Below, one piece after another: positions 45,685 through 55,880 of a stretch of 64,000 bases of DNA (positions within the stretch are counted from its first letter, which is position 1; each line of letters begins with the position of its first letter). The DNA is from a virus (lineage: Duplodnaviria; Caudoviricetes): IMG/VR virus record IMGVR_UViG_3300032290_001086; one strand, written 5' to 3'. The notes beneath the pieces are model-generated. The model was not told the DNA's origin, did no database searches, and was given only the letters and a program-made list of their open reading frames with translations. The translations under genes were made by a program, and so were the position numbers.

Positions 45685-46062
45685 ATGCCTTATAAAAATA
45701 AAGAACAGCAACGAGAAGCCCAGAAACGGTGGGCACAAAAACAATCGGATGAGTTCAAAAAAATTAAATATCAACGTGAATACGATAACAAAAAATTAAT
45801 GGTAGAAAAACTTAATAATTTTAAGCTTGAAAAGGGTTGCTGTGAATTGTGTGGAGAGTCTCATCCTGCTTGCTGTTTTGACTTTCACCATGTAAATGAA
45901 CTAAATAAAAAAACAGAGGTGTCAAAGCTTGCCTCTAAAGGATATAAGTGGAAAACTATTCAAGAAGAAATTGACAAATGTATTATGCTTTGTGCCCTTT
46001 GTCATAGAAAAATTCATGCTGGATTATTAGTATTAATGGAGAATAGCACCGATGGTCGGTAA
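45685..46062 (+). CDS. HNH endonuclease (free-standing)
   Basis: CELCG...FDFHH...KC.MLCALCHRKIH. Confidence 0.88.
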   Translation: MPYKNKEQQREAQKRWAQKQSDEFKKIKYQREYDNKKLMVEKLNNFKLEKGCCELCGESHPACCFDFHHVNELNKKTEVSKLASKGYKWKTIQEEIDKCIMLCALCHRKIHAGLLVLMENSTDGR

Positions 46063-46120
46063 ATCGTCTTGAAAACGATGCCAGGTTAATAGCCTGATAG
46101 TTCGATTCTATTATTCTCCG
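46038..46120 (+). tRNA. tRNA-Ser(TGA)
   Basis: ATCGT-CTTGAAA-ACGAT, long variable arm, G73. Confidence 0.88.
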
Positions 46121-46138
46121 CTTGTTCATACTTTAATT

Positions 46139-46294
46139 ATGGATGAAAAATTTTACAAAGAATTCTGCGAAAGAATTCAACATAGTATGCAAATTTCAAT
46201 TAAACATGGACACAATGAATATGCACTAGGACTTAGAAAGTCTATGGTAATTGTTAATGAATTGAGACATAAGTATCATAATGATACTAAATAA
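46139..46294 (+). CDS. Small hypothetical protein (51 aa)
   Basis: Translated by hand: MDEKFYKEFCERIQHS... Confidence 0.5.
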   Translation: MDEKFYKEFCERIQHSMQISIKHGHNEYALGLRKSMVIVNELRHKYHNDTK

Positions 46295-46318
46295 TAACAC
46301 TCTATCAAAAATACTATT

Positions 46319-46510
46319 ATGAAGCAATGCCCTGCATGTAAAGTAGTTATTGAAGATGGAGTAGCAAAATTTTCACATGGAAAACCTGGAGATTTAGAAT
46401 TTCTTGCAAAAAGAGTTTGTCAGTACAGAAAAGTAGATGCTCCTTGTATAAATCCATGTTATAATGAAGAACAAGAATATCCACCTGGATATGAAGATTT
46501 AATTTTTTAA
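46319..46510 (+). CDS. Small Cys-rich hypothetical protein
   Basis: CPAC...RVCQY...CIN. Confidence 0.65.
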   Translation: MKQCPACKVVIEDGVAKFSHGKPGDLEFLAKRVCQYRKVDAPCINPCYNEEQEYPPGYEDLIF

Positions 46511-46520
46511 AAAACACAGT

Positions 46521-46715
46521 ATGACAACTAATCAAGAAAAAACTGAAGAACTTGAAATTGAACTAGATGATAATACTGCTGCTATTGTACATCTTATGGC
46601 AGAGGAACGTGGTATTACAGTAGAAGAATTAATCCAACAGGTTTTGGATGACGCCATTCAAAATGGATATTTTAATGATACAAATAATATTACAGTGGAT
46701 GACCCACTAGACTAA
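46521..46715 (+). CDS. Small protein, ribbon-helix-helix-like
   Basis: IELDD.....MAEERGITVEELI. Confidence 0.6.
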   Translation: MTTNQEKTEELEIELDDNTAAIVHLMAEERGITVEELIQQVLDDAIQNGYFNDTNNITVDDPLD

Positions 46716-46875
46716 TGAATCTTTACTTTTATTTTTTAGTTACTGTAGCTTTAATCTGTTATCTTTGTGTTATAGATTCAAATGTAACAGATTGGATTAA
46801 TATTAAAATTAATCATTTTTTAGTTTATCTTCAACTTCAATATATAAAAATGAAGTGGAAGTTTAAACGTTTCTA

Positions 46876-46957
46876 GGGTAGGTGTCCGAGTGGTTAATGG
46901 AGGTGGACTGTAAATCCACTGGCTCTGCCTACGGGGGTTCAAATCCCTCCCTGCCCA
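46876..46957 (+). tRNA. tRNA-Tyr(GTA)
   Basis: GTGGA-CTGTAAA-TCCAC, long variable arm. Confidence 0.95.
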
Positions 46958-47017
46958 TCTCTTGATTTTTTCTTTGCCGTGTGCTATGATATGCAGGCAT
47001 AGAAATCTCATACCAAA

Positions 47018-47254
47018 ATGGATGTAGTAATTTACAGTAAGGAGAACTGCCCTTACTGCGACAAAATTAAAACTGTTTTTAATATTCAAAATATTAAGTT
47101 TGTAGAATACAAACTAGACCAAGATTTTACCCGAGAAAATTTTATCTCTGAATTTGGAGTAGGGTCTACTTTTCCTAGGGTTATTATTGATGGCACGTTG
47201 ATTGGTGGTGCTTCGGAAACTGTTCGTTATATTCAGGAGAACAATCTAGTATGA
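47018..47254 (+). CDS. nrdC: Glutaredoxin
   Basis: CPYC, TFPRV, IGG. Confidence 0.92.
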   Translation: MDVVIYSKENCPYCDKIKTVFNIQNIKFVEYKLDQDFTRENFISEFGVGSTFPRVIIDGTLIGGASETVRYIQENNLV

Positions 47255-47961
47255 ATGCCGTATGTGAAATTTCTTCTTTCATTGATATACTGATTGATGA
47301 CTTTGTAATTAATCGAAAGAAGCCTAAAGCAAATTTTATTAAATTTCTACACTCTGAAAATATTGATAGGAGAACTATTAATACCTTTGTAGAAACTAAG
47401 TCTGATTACATTGAATCTCAAATCAAAGAACTTGAACTAGCTATGAGTGGGTTGGACCCTCAAGTTAAGGAAGGTTATGGAAATTTTAGAAAGCCAGAAC
47501 TTAGAGAATTCAAAGAAATGCTTGAGCAGATTGTAGATGATTTGTATTCATATAAAGATAGCAAACGAATTATTCGCAAGAGAAGGAATATATCTCCAGA
47601 CAAACTCATTAAGTACATGAAATTGTATGAGACTGAGATTGAGATTGGTGGTCTTCCATACAAGACTCTTTCTGCAACTGAAATCATAAGTGCTAAACAT
47701 GTGTTTCTTTATAATGTAGAAACTAGAGAACTTACATATTATACTGGAAGATGTCTAGGTGTAAAGCGTACTATGGTTACTGGATTTGATTCTGAAAAAT
47801 CATGGGTTCGTAAACTGAGAAAGCCTGAGGAATTTCTACCAGAAGTTAATTCTTGTACAAAGTATAACATTGAACATATGAGTGGTCATCTTACTACTAA
47901 ACCAAAGGTTCCTACAGGAAGAACTAATACAAAACAAATTATTCTCAAGGTAGTTAAATGA
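47251..47961 (+). CDS. Conserved hypothetical protein
   Basis: KLRKPEEFL...GRTN...ILKV ending. Confidence 0.75.
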   Translation: MNAVCEISSFIDILIDDFVINRKKPKANFIKFLHSENIDRRTINTFVETKSDYIESQIKELELAMSGLDPQVKEGYGNFRKPELREFKEMLEQIVDDLYSYKDSKRIIRKRRNISPDKLIKYMKLYETEIEIGGLPYKTLSATEIISAKHVFLYNVETRELTYYTGRCLGVKRTMVTGFDSEKSWVRKLRKPEEFLPEVNSCTKYNIEHMSGHLTTKPKVPTGRTNTKQIILKVVK

Positions 47962-48125
47962 GTTCAATTCCAGAAAAGTACCTAAATAAAAATGTAAGAG
48001 CAATGCTAAGTGGGAGGAGACAGACTTTTCAACAAAAGCCTAGCTTCCATTTTTCTAAGGTAGTTTCATTTCTTCAAAAAATCTACCGAGTGGAAGTTAA
48101 AATCTTCATTCAGGATAATACTTAG
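47958..48125 (+). CDS. Small hypothetical protein
   Basis: Translated by hand: MSSIPEKYLNKNVRAML... Confidence 0.5.
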   Translation: MSSIPEKYLNKNVRAMLSGRRQTFQQKPSFHFSKVVSFLQKIYRVEVKIFIQDNT

Positions 48126-48146
48126 AAACGGTAGAGGAGTAGAACC

Positions 48147-48383
48147 ATGTCAAGCTTACTAGTTCTAATTTCAGTTTTAGCGGTTGGTTTTGTTTTAATA
48201 GGTATGAGTTTTATGGTTGGGATGGTATTTGGATGGTTCGCTAATGAATATTTTAATCCTGTTACATCTGGAAACCCTAGTTCACATCCAGAAATGTATG
48301 ATGAAAATGGAAACTACATTACTGAAGAATTAATTGCTGTTCGTTTTGAAGAAGAAGAGGATGAGGATGATGACGAGGATTAA
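48147..48383 (+). CDS. Small TM protein with acidic tail
   Basis: TM then HPEMYDENG. Confidence 0.75.
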   Translation: MSSLLVLISVLAVGFVLIGMSFMVGMVFGWFANEYFNPVTSGNPSSHPEMYDENGNYITEELIAVRFEEEEDEDDDED

Positions 48384-48386
48384 CAC

Positions 48387-49265
48387 ATGATACTAGTTGA
48401 TATGAATCAGTGCATGATTAGTAACTTAATGATGCAGATTAAAATTGATGATGAACTTGATGAAAATATGGTTCGCCATATGGTTTTAACATCAGTTAAG
48501 TCATACAAGAAAAAGTTCAGTGCTGAATATGGAAAATTAGTTCTTTGCTACGATAGTAAGCATTATTGGAGAAAAGAATTTTTTCCGTACTATAAACAAA
48601 ACAGAAAAAAAGATAGAGAAAAATCATCACATAATTGGTCTCAAATTTTTGATATTCTCAATAAAATAAGAGACGAAATACGTGATAACTTTCCATACAT
48701 TGTGATGGAAAGTTATGGTGCAGAAGCAGATGATATAATAGCAACTCTATCTAAATATACTTCAATCAAGAATATTAAATTACAAAAACAAGATATTCCT
48801 ATAGAAAAGGTTCTAATACTTTCTGGCGATAAAGATTTTATCCAATTAAAAAAATATCCTTGTGTTTCTCAATATAATCCGCTACAGAAAAAATATGTCA
48901 GTGGAATAGATGCAAAATCTTATATTAAGGAACATATAATCAAGGGAGATAGGTCTGACGGCATTCCAAACTTTTTATCTCCTTCAGATACTTTTGTTTC
49001 TGGCAAAAGACAGAAACCTATTAGTAAGAAAAATATTGAAAAGTGGATTCAATCTGACCCAGAATCATATTGTAATACTGAACAACTTTCTAATTATCAT
49101 AGGAATTTAAAACTTATTGATTTTAGTATGATTCCCAATGAAATTGAAACTAAAATTATTGATGAATACGAACGCTTAAATAGTATTAAGCCAAACCATT
49201 TGTCGATAAATTATTTTATCAGCAACAAATTAGTCACACTATTAAATGAAATGGAGGATTTTTAA
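48387..49265 (+). CDS. rnh: T4 RNase H (5'-3' flap nuclease)
   Basis: EADDII, SGDKDF, GDRSDGIPN. Confidence 0.95.
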   Translation: MILVDMNQCMISNLMMQIKIDDELDENMVRHMVLTSVKSYKKKFSAEYGKLVLCYDSKHYWRKEFFPYYKQNRKKDREKSSHNWSQIFDILNKIRDEIRDNFPYIVMESYGAEADDIIATLSKYTSIKNIKLQKQDIPIEKVLILSGDKDFIQLKKYPCVSQYNPLQKKYVSGIDAKSYIKEHIIKGDRSDGIPNFLSPSDTFVSGKRQKPISKKNIEKWIQSDPESYCNTEQLSNYHRNLKLIDFSMIPNEIETKIIDEYERLNSIKPNHLSINYFISNKLVTLLNEMEDF

Positions 49266-49268
49266 ACC

Positions 49269-49721
49269 ATGGCTGAATTACCAGTTGAGAGACTTCTTTT
49301 ATCAGAAGTTCTACAAAAAATTTCTAACGCAAAAACAAAAGCAGAAAAAGTAGCTCTACTACAGAAGTATAAAACACCTGCACTACAATCTATTCTTATT
49401 TGGAATTTTGATGATAGTGTAAAGTCTTTACTTCCTGAAGGCGATGTTCCATACACTGTAAATGAAGCTCCAGTAGATACTGAGCATACAAGACTTCTAC
49501 ATGAATATAGAACTCTTTATAACTTTGTAAAGGGTGGAAATGATGGTCTACCTAATTCAAAACGAGAGACCATGTTTATTCAACTTTTAGAAAGTCTTCA
49601 TAAAGATGAAGCTGCGGTTATTTGCTTAGTCAAAGATAAAAAATTAGGCAAGAGATATAAAATTACCAAGAATGCTATAGAAGAAGCATATCCAGAAATT
49701 CAGTGGGGAAATAGGTCGTGA
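49269..49721 (+). CDS. Conserved hypothetical protein
   Basis: LPEGDVPY, KRETMFIQLLE. Confidence 0.8.
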   Translation: MAELPVERLLLSEVLQKISNAKTKAEKVALLQKYKTPALQSILIWNFDDSVKSLLPEGDVPYTVNEAPVDTEHTRLLHEYRTLYNFVKGGNDGLPNSKRETMFIQLLESLHKDEAAVICLVKDKKLGKRYKITKNAIEEAYPEIQWGNRS

Positions 49722-49722
49722 C

Positions 49723-49980
49723 ATGTGTAAAATCGTACATCAAGATTGCAATAAATCTCTAGCAAAAGATAAAACCCTTCCATTGAATTCTTATATTGTC
49801 ACATACGTACTTGACAATGAGACAAAATATGATATAGTAGTATGTAACAAACGAGCACAAATCTTTGACCTGTATTGGGATACGTACCGAGAAGGTCTAA
49901 AAGATATTCGTTGGACTGATGGAAAAGTCAACCCAAAATTTTGGGGAGTTGAACCAAAAGAAACTAAAAAGAAAAAGTAA
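49723..49980 (+). CDS. Conserved hypothetical protein
   Basis: IFD.YWD.Y...G.VNPK.W. Confidence 0.75.
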   Translation: MCKIVHQDCNKSLAKDKTLPLNSYIVTYVLDNETKYDIVVCNKRAQIFDLYWDTYREGLKDIRWTDGKVNPKFWGVEPKETKKKK

Positions 49981-49982
49981 TT

Positions 49983-50735
49983 ATGAAACCAATTAAAGCA
50001 AAAGACCTACTTGAACTTGATACAAGACTTGAAGTTGTAAAACTTCAAGGATATCCAATTCCAGAACAAGTCATTTGGCAAGCAGGTAAAGGTGATTATT
50101 CTGAAGTTCCTATTCATACAGTGAAGGTTCCTCCCAACCAAGAATGCGGTGAGTGGATTGTTGAACAACTACTTGCAAACGAACGTGGACATTGGGGACC
50201 TATTGAGCATCCTCAGATTACATTTTCTTGTGCTGGCTTTGTTCACAATGTAATTGTTCAAGCAAGAACTCATCGTATTGGAACAAGTTGGGATGTTCAA
50301 TCTCAGCGATACACTGGAAAACGTGTAGTTAAAGTTGCTAACGGTCAACTTCCTATTGAAGATGTATTTTATGTTCGCCCAGAAGGTTTCTATACCAATC
50401 GTAAAGGGAAGAAATATGAATGGACTCAAGAACATAGAGCGAGAAAACTTGGACGTATTCTAAGTGAATGTCAAGAGTATGCTGAGTATTATGAGCAAGG
50501 AATGTGTGAAGAGCATATTCGTGACTACCTTCCTCAAGCAATCCGTCAAAACTTTGTAGTGTCCTTTAACCTTCGTTCTATGCTTCACTTTATGGACCTT
50601 CGTTCTAAGCTTGATGCTCAAGTTGAAATTCAAGCATTATGTGATGCATTTATCCCTGAGCTTGAGAAGTGGGCTCCCAACGTCTGGAAATATTATGAAG
50701 AAAAACGTCTGCATAGGGCACGGCTGAGTCCCTGA
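49983..50735 (+). CDS. thyX: Flavin-dependent thymidylate synthase
   Basis: GHWGPIEH, QARTHR...SQRY, DAQVEI. Confidence 0.93.
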   Translation: MKPIKAKDLLELDTRLEVVKLQGYPIPEQVIWQAGKGDYSEVPIHTVKVPPNQECGEWIVEQLLANERGHWGPIEHPQITFSCAGFVHNVIVQARTHRIGTSWDVQSQRYTGKRVVKVANGQLPIEDVFYVRPEGFYTNRKGKKYEWTQEHRARKLGRILSECQEYAEYYEQGMCEEHIRDYLPQAIRQNFVVSFNLRSMLHFMDLRSKLDAQVEIQALCDAFIPELEKWAPNVWKYYEEKRLHRARLSP

Positions 50736-50765
50736 TGCTATACTAGAATTATCTAAACTTACATT

Positions 50766-51314
50766 ATGAACATCTTTTATTTGAATTACAATCCAGTTGT
50801 GTGTGCTCAAGAGCATTGTGATAAGCATGTTGTTAAAATGATTGTTGAATATGCACAACTTCTTTCTACCGCTCATCGAGTTCTTGACGGTATTGGTTAT
50901 GTTGAACTTTCTGAAAAGAATCGTAAAGTCAAACGATTCAAACTCGATGAACCACGAGAATCAAATCTCTATAAAGCTTGTCATATTAACCACCCTTCTG
51001 CTGTCTGGGCTAGGAGTTCTAAATCACATTACAAGTGGCTATACGAACTCTTTGAACAGTGCTGTATTGAATACACCAGGAGATATGGCAAGTTTCATGC
51101 TACTGAATCTTTGAGAGCATATCTAAAATATTCTCCCAATAATCTTCCTGACTTTGGTTGGCAAGACCCCCCTCCTGCCATGCCCGATAAATACAAAGTA
51201 GCTGATTCAATTCAGTCTTACAAAAATTATTACATTGGGGACAAAGTTTCATTTGCGAAATGGAAATCTCCATCAACAATTCCTGAATGGTTTAAAACAA
51301 ATGCCAACATATAG
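50766..51314 (+). CDS. Pyrimidine dimer DNA glycosylase-like protein
   Basis: MNIFYL, DKHVVKM, HINHPS.VW, EYTRRYGK. Confidence 0.8.
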   Translation: MNIFYLNYNPVVCAQEHCDKHVVKMIVEYAQLLSTAHRVLDGIGYVELSEKNRKVKRFKLDEPRESNLYKACHINHPSAVWARSSKSHYKWLYELFEQCCIEYTRRYGKFHATESLRAYLKYSPNNLPDFGWQDPPPAMPDKYKVADSIQSYKNYYIGDKVSFAKWKSPSTIPEWFKTNANI

Positions 51315-51531
51315 ATTTAGAGATAATAACACGGGTGAACATTTTGATAAATGGATGTACATGGCTGAACGAGAAACGTACTTGGCGGAAAATCCTCACC
51401 TTACACAAGTCCCCACAGGACTTAATGTAGTTGGTGGGGTTGGAGAAATGAAAAACCAAGCTCCAGATACTTTTAAAGACGTTCTTCGTCGCATCAAATC
51501 AAACCATGCACATTCAACTATAGACGTATGA
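51301..51531 (+). CDS. Small conserved protein (MPTY..., FmdB-like)
   Basis: ATG at 51301, MPTYRF. Confidence 0.7.
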   Translation: MPTYRFRDNNTGEHFDKWMYMAERETYLAENPHLTQVPTGLNVVGGVGEMKNQAPDTFKDVLRRIKSNHAHSTIDV

Positions 51532-52283
51532 CCAGTTCACGCAGAAGAAAACCCGACCAATCATTTGCTGATATTCCAGCTAAAAAAATGAGAAGAAAAA
51601 GACCAATTGATAATGAGCACATGAGGAATATTTCTCCTCTTACTCCAGCTCAAGAAAAGGTATTTGAGGAATATTCTAATGAAAAGAATCTTTTTCTTTA
51701 TGGTGCTGCAGGCACTGGTAAAACTTTCGTTAGTTTATATCTTGCTCTCAAGGATGTCTTGAATGAAAAAACTCCATATGACAAAGTTTATATGGTTCGT
51801 TCTTTAGTATCCACTAGAGAAATTGGATTTCTTCCTGGAGACCATGAAGACAAGTCAAGTCTTTATCAAATTCCATATAAGAACATGGTGAAGTACATGT
51901 TTGAAATGCCAGATGAAGCATCGTTTGAAGCTTTATACGGCAATCTCAAAGGTCAAGGAACAATTAGTTTCTGGAGTACTTCTTTTATTCGTGGTACAAC
52001 ACTTGACAACTGTGTTATAATTGTAGATGAAAGTCAGAATCTTAACTTCCATGAGTTAGATTCGATTATCACTCGTGTTGGTCAGGACACTAAAATTATT
52101 TTCTGTGGCGATGTAAATCAAACAGACTTAATTAAAACCAACGAAAGAAATGGCATTTTAAATTTTATGAGTATTCTTCAAACAATGGAAGAATTTTCTA
52201 TGATTGAATTTGGTATTGAAGATATCGTTCGTTCTGGTCTTATCAAGAGTTATCTAATTAGTAAAATGAATTTAGGACTGTAA
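51528..52283 (+). CDS. phoH: PhoH family ATPase
   Basis: GAAGTGKT, GFLPG, RGTTL, DESQN, VRSG. Confidence 0.96.
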   Translation: MTSSRRRKPDQSFADIPAKKMRRKRPIDNEHMRNISPLTPAQEKVFEEYSNEKNLFLYGAAGTGKTFVSLYLALKDVLNEKTPYDKVYMVRSLVSTREIGFLPGDHEDKSSLYQIPYKNMVKYMFEMPDEASFEALYGNLKGQGTISFWSTSFIRGTTLDNCVIIVDESQNLNFHELDSIITRVGQDTKIIFCGDVNQTDLIKTNERNGILNFMSILQTMEEFSMIEFGIEDIVRSGLIKSYLISKMNLGL

Positions 52284-52951
52284 TGTTTGTACATTTAAAT
52301 AATGCTTCTTTGATTGATTTACAAGCTGAAACAACAGGTAACGGAAGGTACTATGTCACCCCTGCAGGTGATAAGTATCCTTCCGTTACTACTGTTATTG
52401 GGGCAAAATCAAAAAAATCTATTCTCCAATGGAGAAAAAGAGTAGGAGAAAAAGAAGCTAATCGTATTTCTTCCAGAGCTGCACTTAGGGGAACTAATCT
52501 TCATCTAATAAATGAAGATTACCTAAATAATATATTCAATGAAGAGAAGTACAAGGATAAAGTGCTTCCTCTATACATGTTTAAATGTTTAAAACCTTTT
52601 CTAGATAAAATTAATAATATCCATACTCTAGAGGGGGCATTGTATAGCGATAAATTAAAGCTTGCTGGAAGAGTCGATTGCATTGCAGAATACGAGAATG
52701 AGCTTGCAATTATAGATTTCAAAACATCTACTGAACCAAAGAAGCGAGAATGGATTGACAATTACATAGCTCAGGAATGTGCATACGCAATGATGTATTA
52801 TGAACGTACTGGGATTAAAGTAAAGAAACTCGTAACTCTAATTGCATGTGAGGATGGAGAAATTCAAGTCTTTCAGGAATATGACATTAAGAAATATATG
52901 AGCGTGTTATTAGATTACATTAGAGAATGGAAAATGCAAACTAATCCCTAG
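52283..52951 (+). CDS. PD-(D/E)xK exonuclease
   Basis: YPSVTTV, RGT.LH, AGRVDC, IDFKT. Confidence 0.9.
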   Translation: MFVHLNNASLIDLQAETTGNGRYYVTPAGDKYPSVTTVIGAKSKKSILQWRKRVGEKEANRISSRAALRGTNLHLINEDYLNNIFNEEKYKDKVLPLYMFKCLKPFLDKINNIHTLEGALYSDKLKLAGRVDCIAEYENELAIIDFKTSTEPKKREWIDNYIAQECAYAMMYYERTGIKVKKLVTLIACEDGEIQVFQEYDIKKYMSVLLDYIREWKMQTNP

Positions 52952-52957
52952 GTTCTA

Positions 52958-53263
52958 ATGGAGAATACAAAACAAATAAAATTAAAACAACCTGTTATTC
53001 CTAACACTGAAACTTTTGAACAATTTATTGAAGACAAATTTATGACAGCTACAAAATTTTCTATGGAAGTTGAAGAAATTGTTCGCTCTAATCAGGGCGG
53101 ACTTAATTATATTGAAGCAGTTCTTGTTTACTGCGAAAAATATAATATTGAATTGGAGAACGTGTCAAAATTAATTTCAAAACCGTTAAAGGAAAAAATT
53201 AAAGTTGATGCACAACGAATGAACTTTATGAAAAAATCATCGAGAGCAAGACTTCCTCTATGA
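52958..53263 (+). CDS. gp33: Late transcription coactivator
   Basis: YIEAV...ISKPLKEKI...NF; synteny with gp59 and gp32. Confidence 0.88.
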   Translation: MENTKQIKLKQPVIPNTETFEQFIEDKFMTATKFSMEVEEIVRSNQGGLNYIEAVLVYCEKYNIELENVSKLISKPLKEKIKVDAQRMNFMKKSSRARLPL

Positions 53264-53844
53264 ATGGTTTTGAAGTTTATAGATTATATCTATCTATAAA
53301 ATTACATTTTACAAAAGAAGATTTTGATTTTTTTCTATGTAACGGAAAAGCTAGAGCATCAGTTCAATCTTTTGAAAAAAGAAAAGATTGTTATTTTTTT
53401 AAAAAGTTAGCAACAAAATTTTCAAGGGATGAACTCATCCAATATTTTGTTGCTAACTTTATTGATAATGAGCATACTTGGATTGGAAGTATTTCAAAGA
53501 TTGAAAATTCTAAAGTTTATCCTACTTGGAAAAAAAGAATTCAAAGTATGTCATTTATCTTTGAGAGTGAGATTATAGAATTATTAAATGAACATAGCTT
53601 TGAAGATATATTTACAGTTACTGGTACACACCCACCATTAATAACAAAATATATGTCTGGAAGAGTGAGTTTAGAAACTCTTGTTATATTAAATAAGTTA
53701 TTAAATTACATTCCTGATTTTAATAAAAAAATAACTGAGCCTATTATATGGCCAGATTTAAAAAGAAAGGTAGTAAAATACGAACCTTTCATATCTATAG
53801 AGAGAACTAAATACAAGAAGATACTCTTAGATAAAGTAAATTAA
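53260..53844 (+). CDS. gp59: Helicase loader
   Basis: YL.IKLHF, RKD.YFFKKL, SLETLVIL. Confidence 0.9.
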   Translation: MNGFEVYRLYLSIKLHFTKEDFDFFLCNGKARASVQSFEKRKDCYFFKKLATKFSRDELIQYFVANFIDNEHTWIGSISKIENSKVYPTWKKRIQSMSFIFESEIIELLNEHSFEDIFTVTGTHPPLITKYMSGRVSLETLVILNKLLNYIPDFNKKITEPIIWPDLKRKVVKYEPFISIERTKYKKILLDKVN

Positions 53845-54179
53845 TGTCTTTCTTTGAACAAGATTTAATTAAAAGTGAGTTAGAAGAAATGATGAATCTC
53901 TACATGGAGATACGTGAAAGCTTGGCTAACCCATTGAGTCAAACATTAGAAACTAAAAAAGAGTGTCTAGGTAAATTAGAGAGATTGGTAGAGTTACAAG
54001 AATTATTATACTTTAGAGCAAAATATTCAGAAGATTCTGAAGCAAAAGAATTTGCATCTACATTGAGAGACTCTGCAGTATTCTTAGGAATACCTCCAGG
54101 AACTGATTTGTCTGAAATATTTACACATATGAAACAAGACATCGCCAGTGCTCTGGAGAAGCTTGACAAGCCGACCTAA
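53844..54179 (+). CDS. Conserved cyanophage protein (DUF1825-like)
   Basis: MSFF...Q..LYFR...S.D.EA. Confidence 0.65.
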   Translation: MSFFEQDLIKSELEEMMNLYMEIRESLANPLSQTLETKKECLGKLERLVELQELLYFRAKYSEDSEAKEFASTLRDSAVFLGIPPGTDLSEIFTHMKQDIASALEKLDKPT

Positions 54180-54260
54180 CCCTGCTATACTAGTCATGTA
54201 TTCGGTGGACAACGCTGAATCCAAACAATCCAATTAATCCAACTAATACGGAGAATCCAA

Positions 54261-55154
54261 ATGTCATTTGCAACTCTAAAGCGTAATTCATCTTCAGTCT
54301 TTGATAAGCTAACTAAAGAGATTGAAAAAAGTGCTTCATCTGAAGGTGGTTCAGATGAACGTCTCTGGAAGCCAGAAGTAGACAAAGCTGGAAATGGTTA
54401 TGCTGTAATTCGATTCCTACCTGCTACAGAAGAAGGTGGTATTCCCTGGGCCAAACTATACTCCCATGCATTCCAAGGTCCTGGTGGATGGTATATCGAA
54501 AACTCACTCACCACACTAAATCAGAAAGACCCAGTAGGAGAACTCAATCGCCAGCTCTGGAATAGTGGTAGTGAAAAGGATAAAGAAACTGCACGTAAGC
54601 AGAAGCGTAAGCTGTCATACTACAGCAATATCTACGTACTAAAAGACCCTGCAAATCCAGATAACGAAGGTAAAGTATTTCTATACAAGTACGGCAAGAA
54701 GATTCACGATAAAATCATCGAAGCAATGCAACCAGCATTTGCAGATGAAACTCCAGTAAACCCATTTGACCTTTGGGATGGTGCTGATTTCAAACTAAAG
54801 ATTCGTAAGGTAGATGGCTATTGGAATTATGATAAGTCTGAGTTTGCATCTACTGGAACTCTAGGTAACTTTGACGATGACCAACTAGAAAAAATCTACA
54901 ACAAGATTCATACTCTTGAAGAGTTTACTTCTGGAAGTAACTTCAAAACTTACGAAGAACTAGAGCGTAGGCTTCAATCAGTTCTAAGTCCTTCTAAGGT
55001 ATCCGCATTTAAAGCTGATGCCGAAACAATGGAGGAAGAGGAACAAATGGTAGAAGAAGTCTCTCGTCCAACTGTAGCTTCTCGTGTAAGCTCTACTAAT
55101 GATGATGAAGATGATACCCTAAGTTACTTCGCTCGACTAGCTGAAGAAGACTGA
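54261..55154 (+). CDS. gp32: Single-stranded DNA-binding protein
   Basis: GNGYAVIRFLP, WYIENSLTT, NYDKSEF, acidic tail. Confidence 0.97.
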   Translation: MSFATLKRNSSSVFDKLTKEIEKSASSEGGSDERLWKPEVDKAGNGYAVIRFLPATEEGGIPWAKLYSHAFQGPGGWYIENSLTTLNQKDPVGELNRQLWNSGSEKDKETARKQKRKLSYYSNIYVLKDPANPDNEGKVFLYKYGKKIHDKIIEAMQPAFADETPVNPFDLWDGADFKLKIRKVDGYWNYDKSEFASTGTLGNFDDDQLEKIYNKIHTLEEFTSGSNFKTYEELERRLQSVLSPSKVSAFKADAETMEEEEQMVEEVSRPTVASRVSSTNDDEDDTLSYFARLAEED

Positions 55155-55172
55155 ATTAATTAGTAAAACAAT

Positions 55173-55197
55173 GGGGGGCGTAAGCCCCCCTTTTTTT
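55173..55197 (+). terminator. Terminator between gp32 and convergent gp53
   Basis: GGGGGGC-GTAA-GCCCCCC followed by T7. Confidence 0.9.
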
Positions 55198-55879
55198 ATT
55201 TTATATCTGGAAGTCTGACACCAAGTTCATCTATATTATACTCAGTATCATATGCAAATAGTTTTGCAATTTCTTCTTTCATCTTTGTTAGATATTTTTT
55301 TTGAATTAAAAATATATCTTTTTTATTTTCATTTTTATCATATTCAAATTCTCTGAATGTAACTCTACGTAATACTTGGGGAGCTGCTAAAGTTTTAACA
55401 ACTTGACCATCTTTAAATGTAAATGTGTACTGGTTTCCCCTTGAGTCTTTTGGATAATAATTAGGATTATTTTGTTCTGTTCTACCTTCGTTCAGTTCAA
55501 TGATAACTCCACCAGGAAGAACTACTGCTCCAGCAGTATTTTTAATCTGAAAGGTTTCCCAATGTTTGATATTATTTTGTCTTGGACCATATTGCTTTTC
55601 TATTGAAACATCTAATTCGACCGCATCAACTGGCCAATCATTGTTAATATCAATAATATTATTTAAAAGTAAAATAGTCCAATACCATTCTGTAGATCCA
55701 TACTTATCATATGAGATAGATTCTGGAGTTTCTCCATCTTTGATAGTATATTTAAATGAGTTAATGTATAACGCATTTATGTTATCTCTAAATCTTACTC
55801 TTCGGAATAAATTTTTTGATAACTTTGCTCCTCCCTTTACTTGAGGATAATAAATGTTTGGCTGTGAATCAAAGAACAT
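55196..55879 (-). CDS. gp53: Baseplate wedge protein
   Basis: LysM-like Y.IKDGETPE.IS...YG...W.ILL.NNI. Confidence 0.88.
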   Translation of the reverse strand: MFFDSQPNIYYPQVKGGAKLSKNLFRRVRFRDNINALYINSFKYTIKDGETPESISYDKYGSTEWYWTILLLNNIIDINNDWPVDAVELDVSIEKQYGPRQNNIKHWETFQIKNTAGAVVLPGGVIIELNEGRTEQNNPNYYPKDSRGNQYTFTFKDGQVVKTLAAPQVLRRVTFREFEYDKNENKKDIFLIQKKYLTKMKEEIAKLFAYDTEYNIDELGVRLPDIK

Positions 55880-55880
55880 T

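Noticed and set aside
46715-46876. Possible 53-aa hydrophobic ORF before tRNA-Tyr
   Set aside because: Very AT-rich with no SD or recognisable motif; too weak to call
46820-47089. Minus-strand 89-aa ORF
   Set aside because: Antisense of tRNA-Tyr and glutaredoxin
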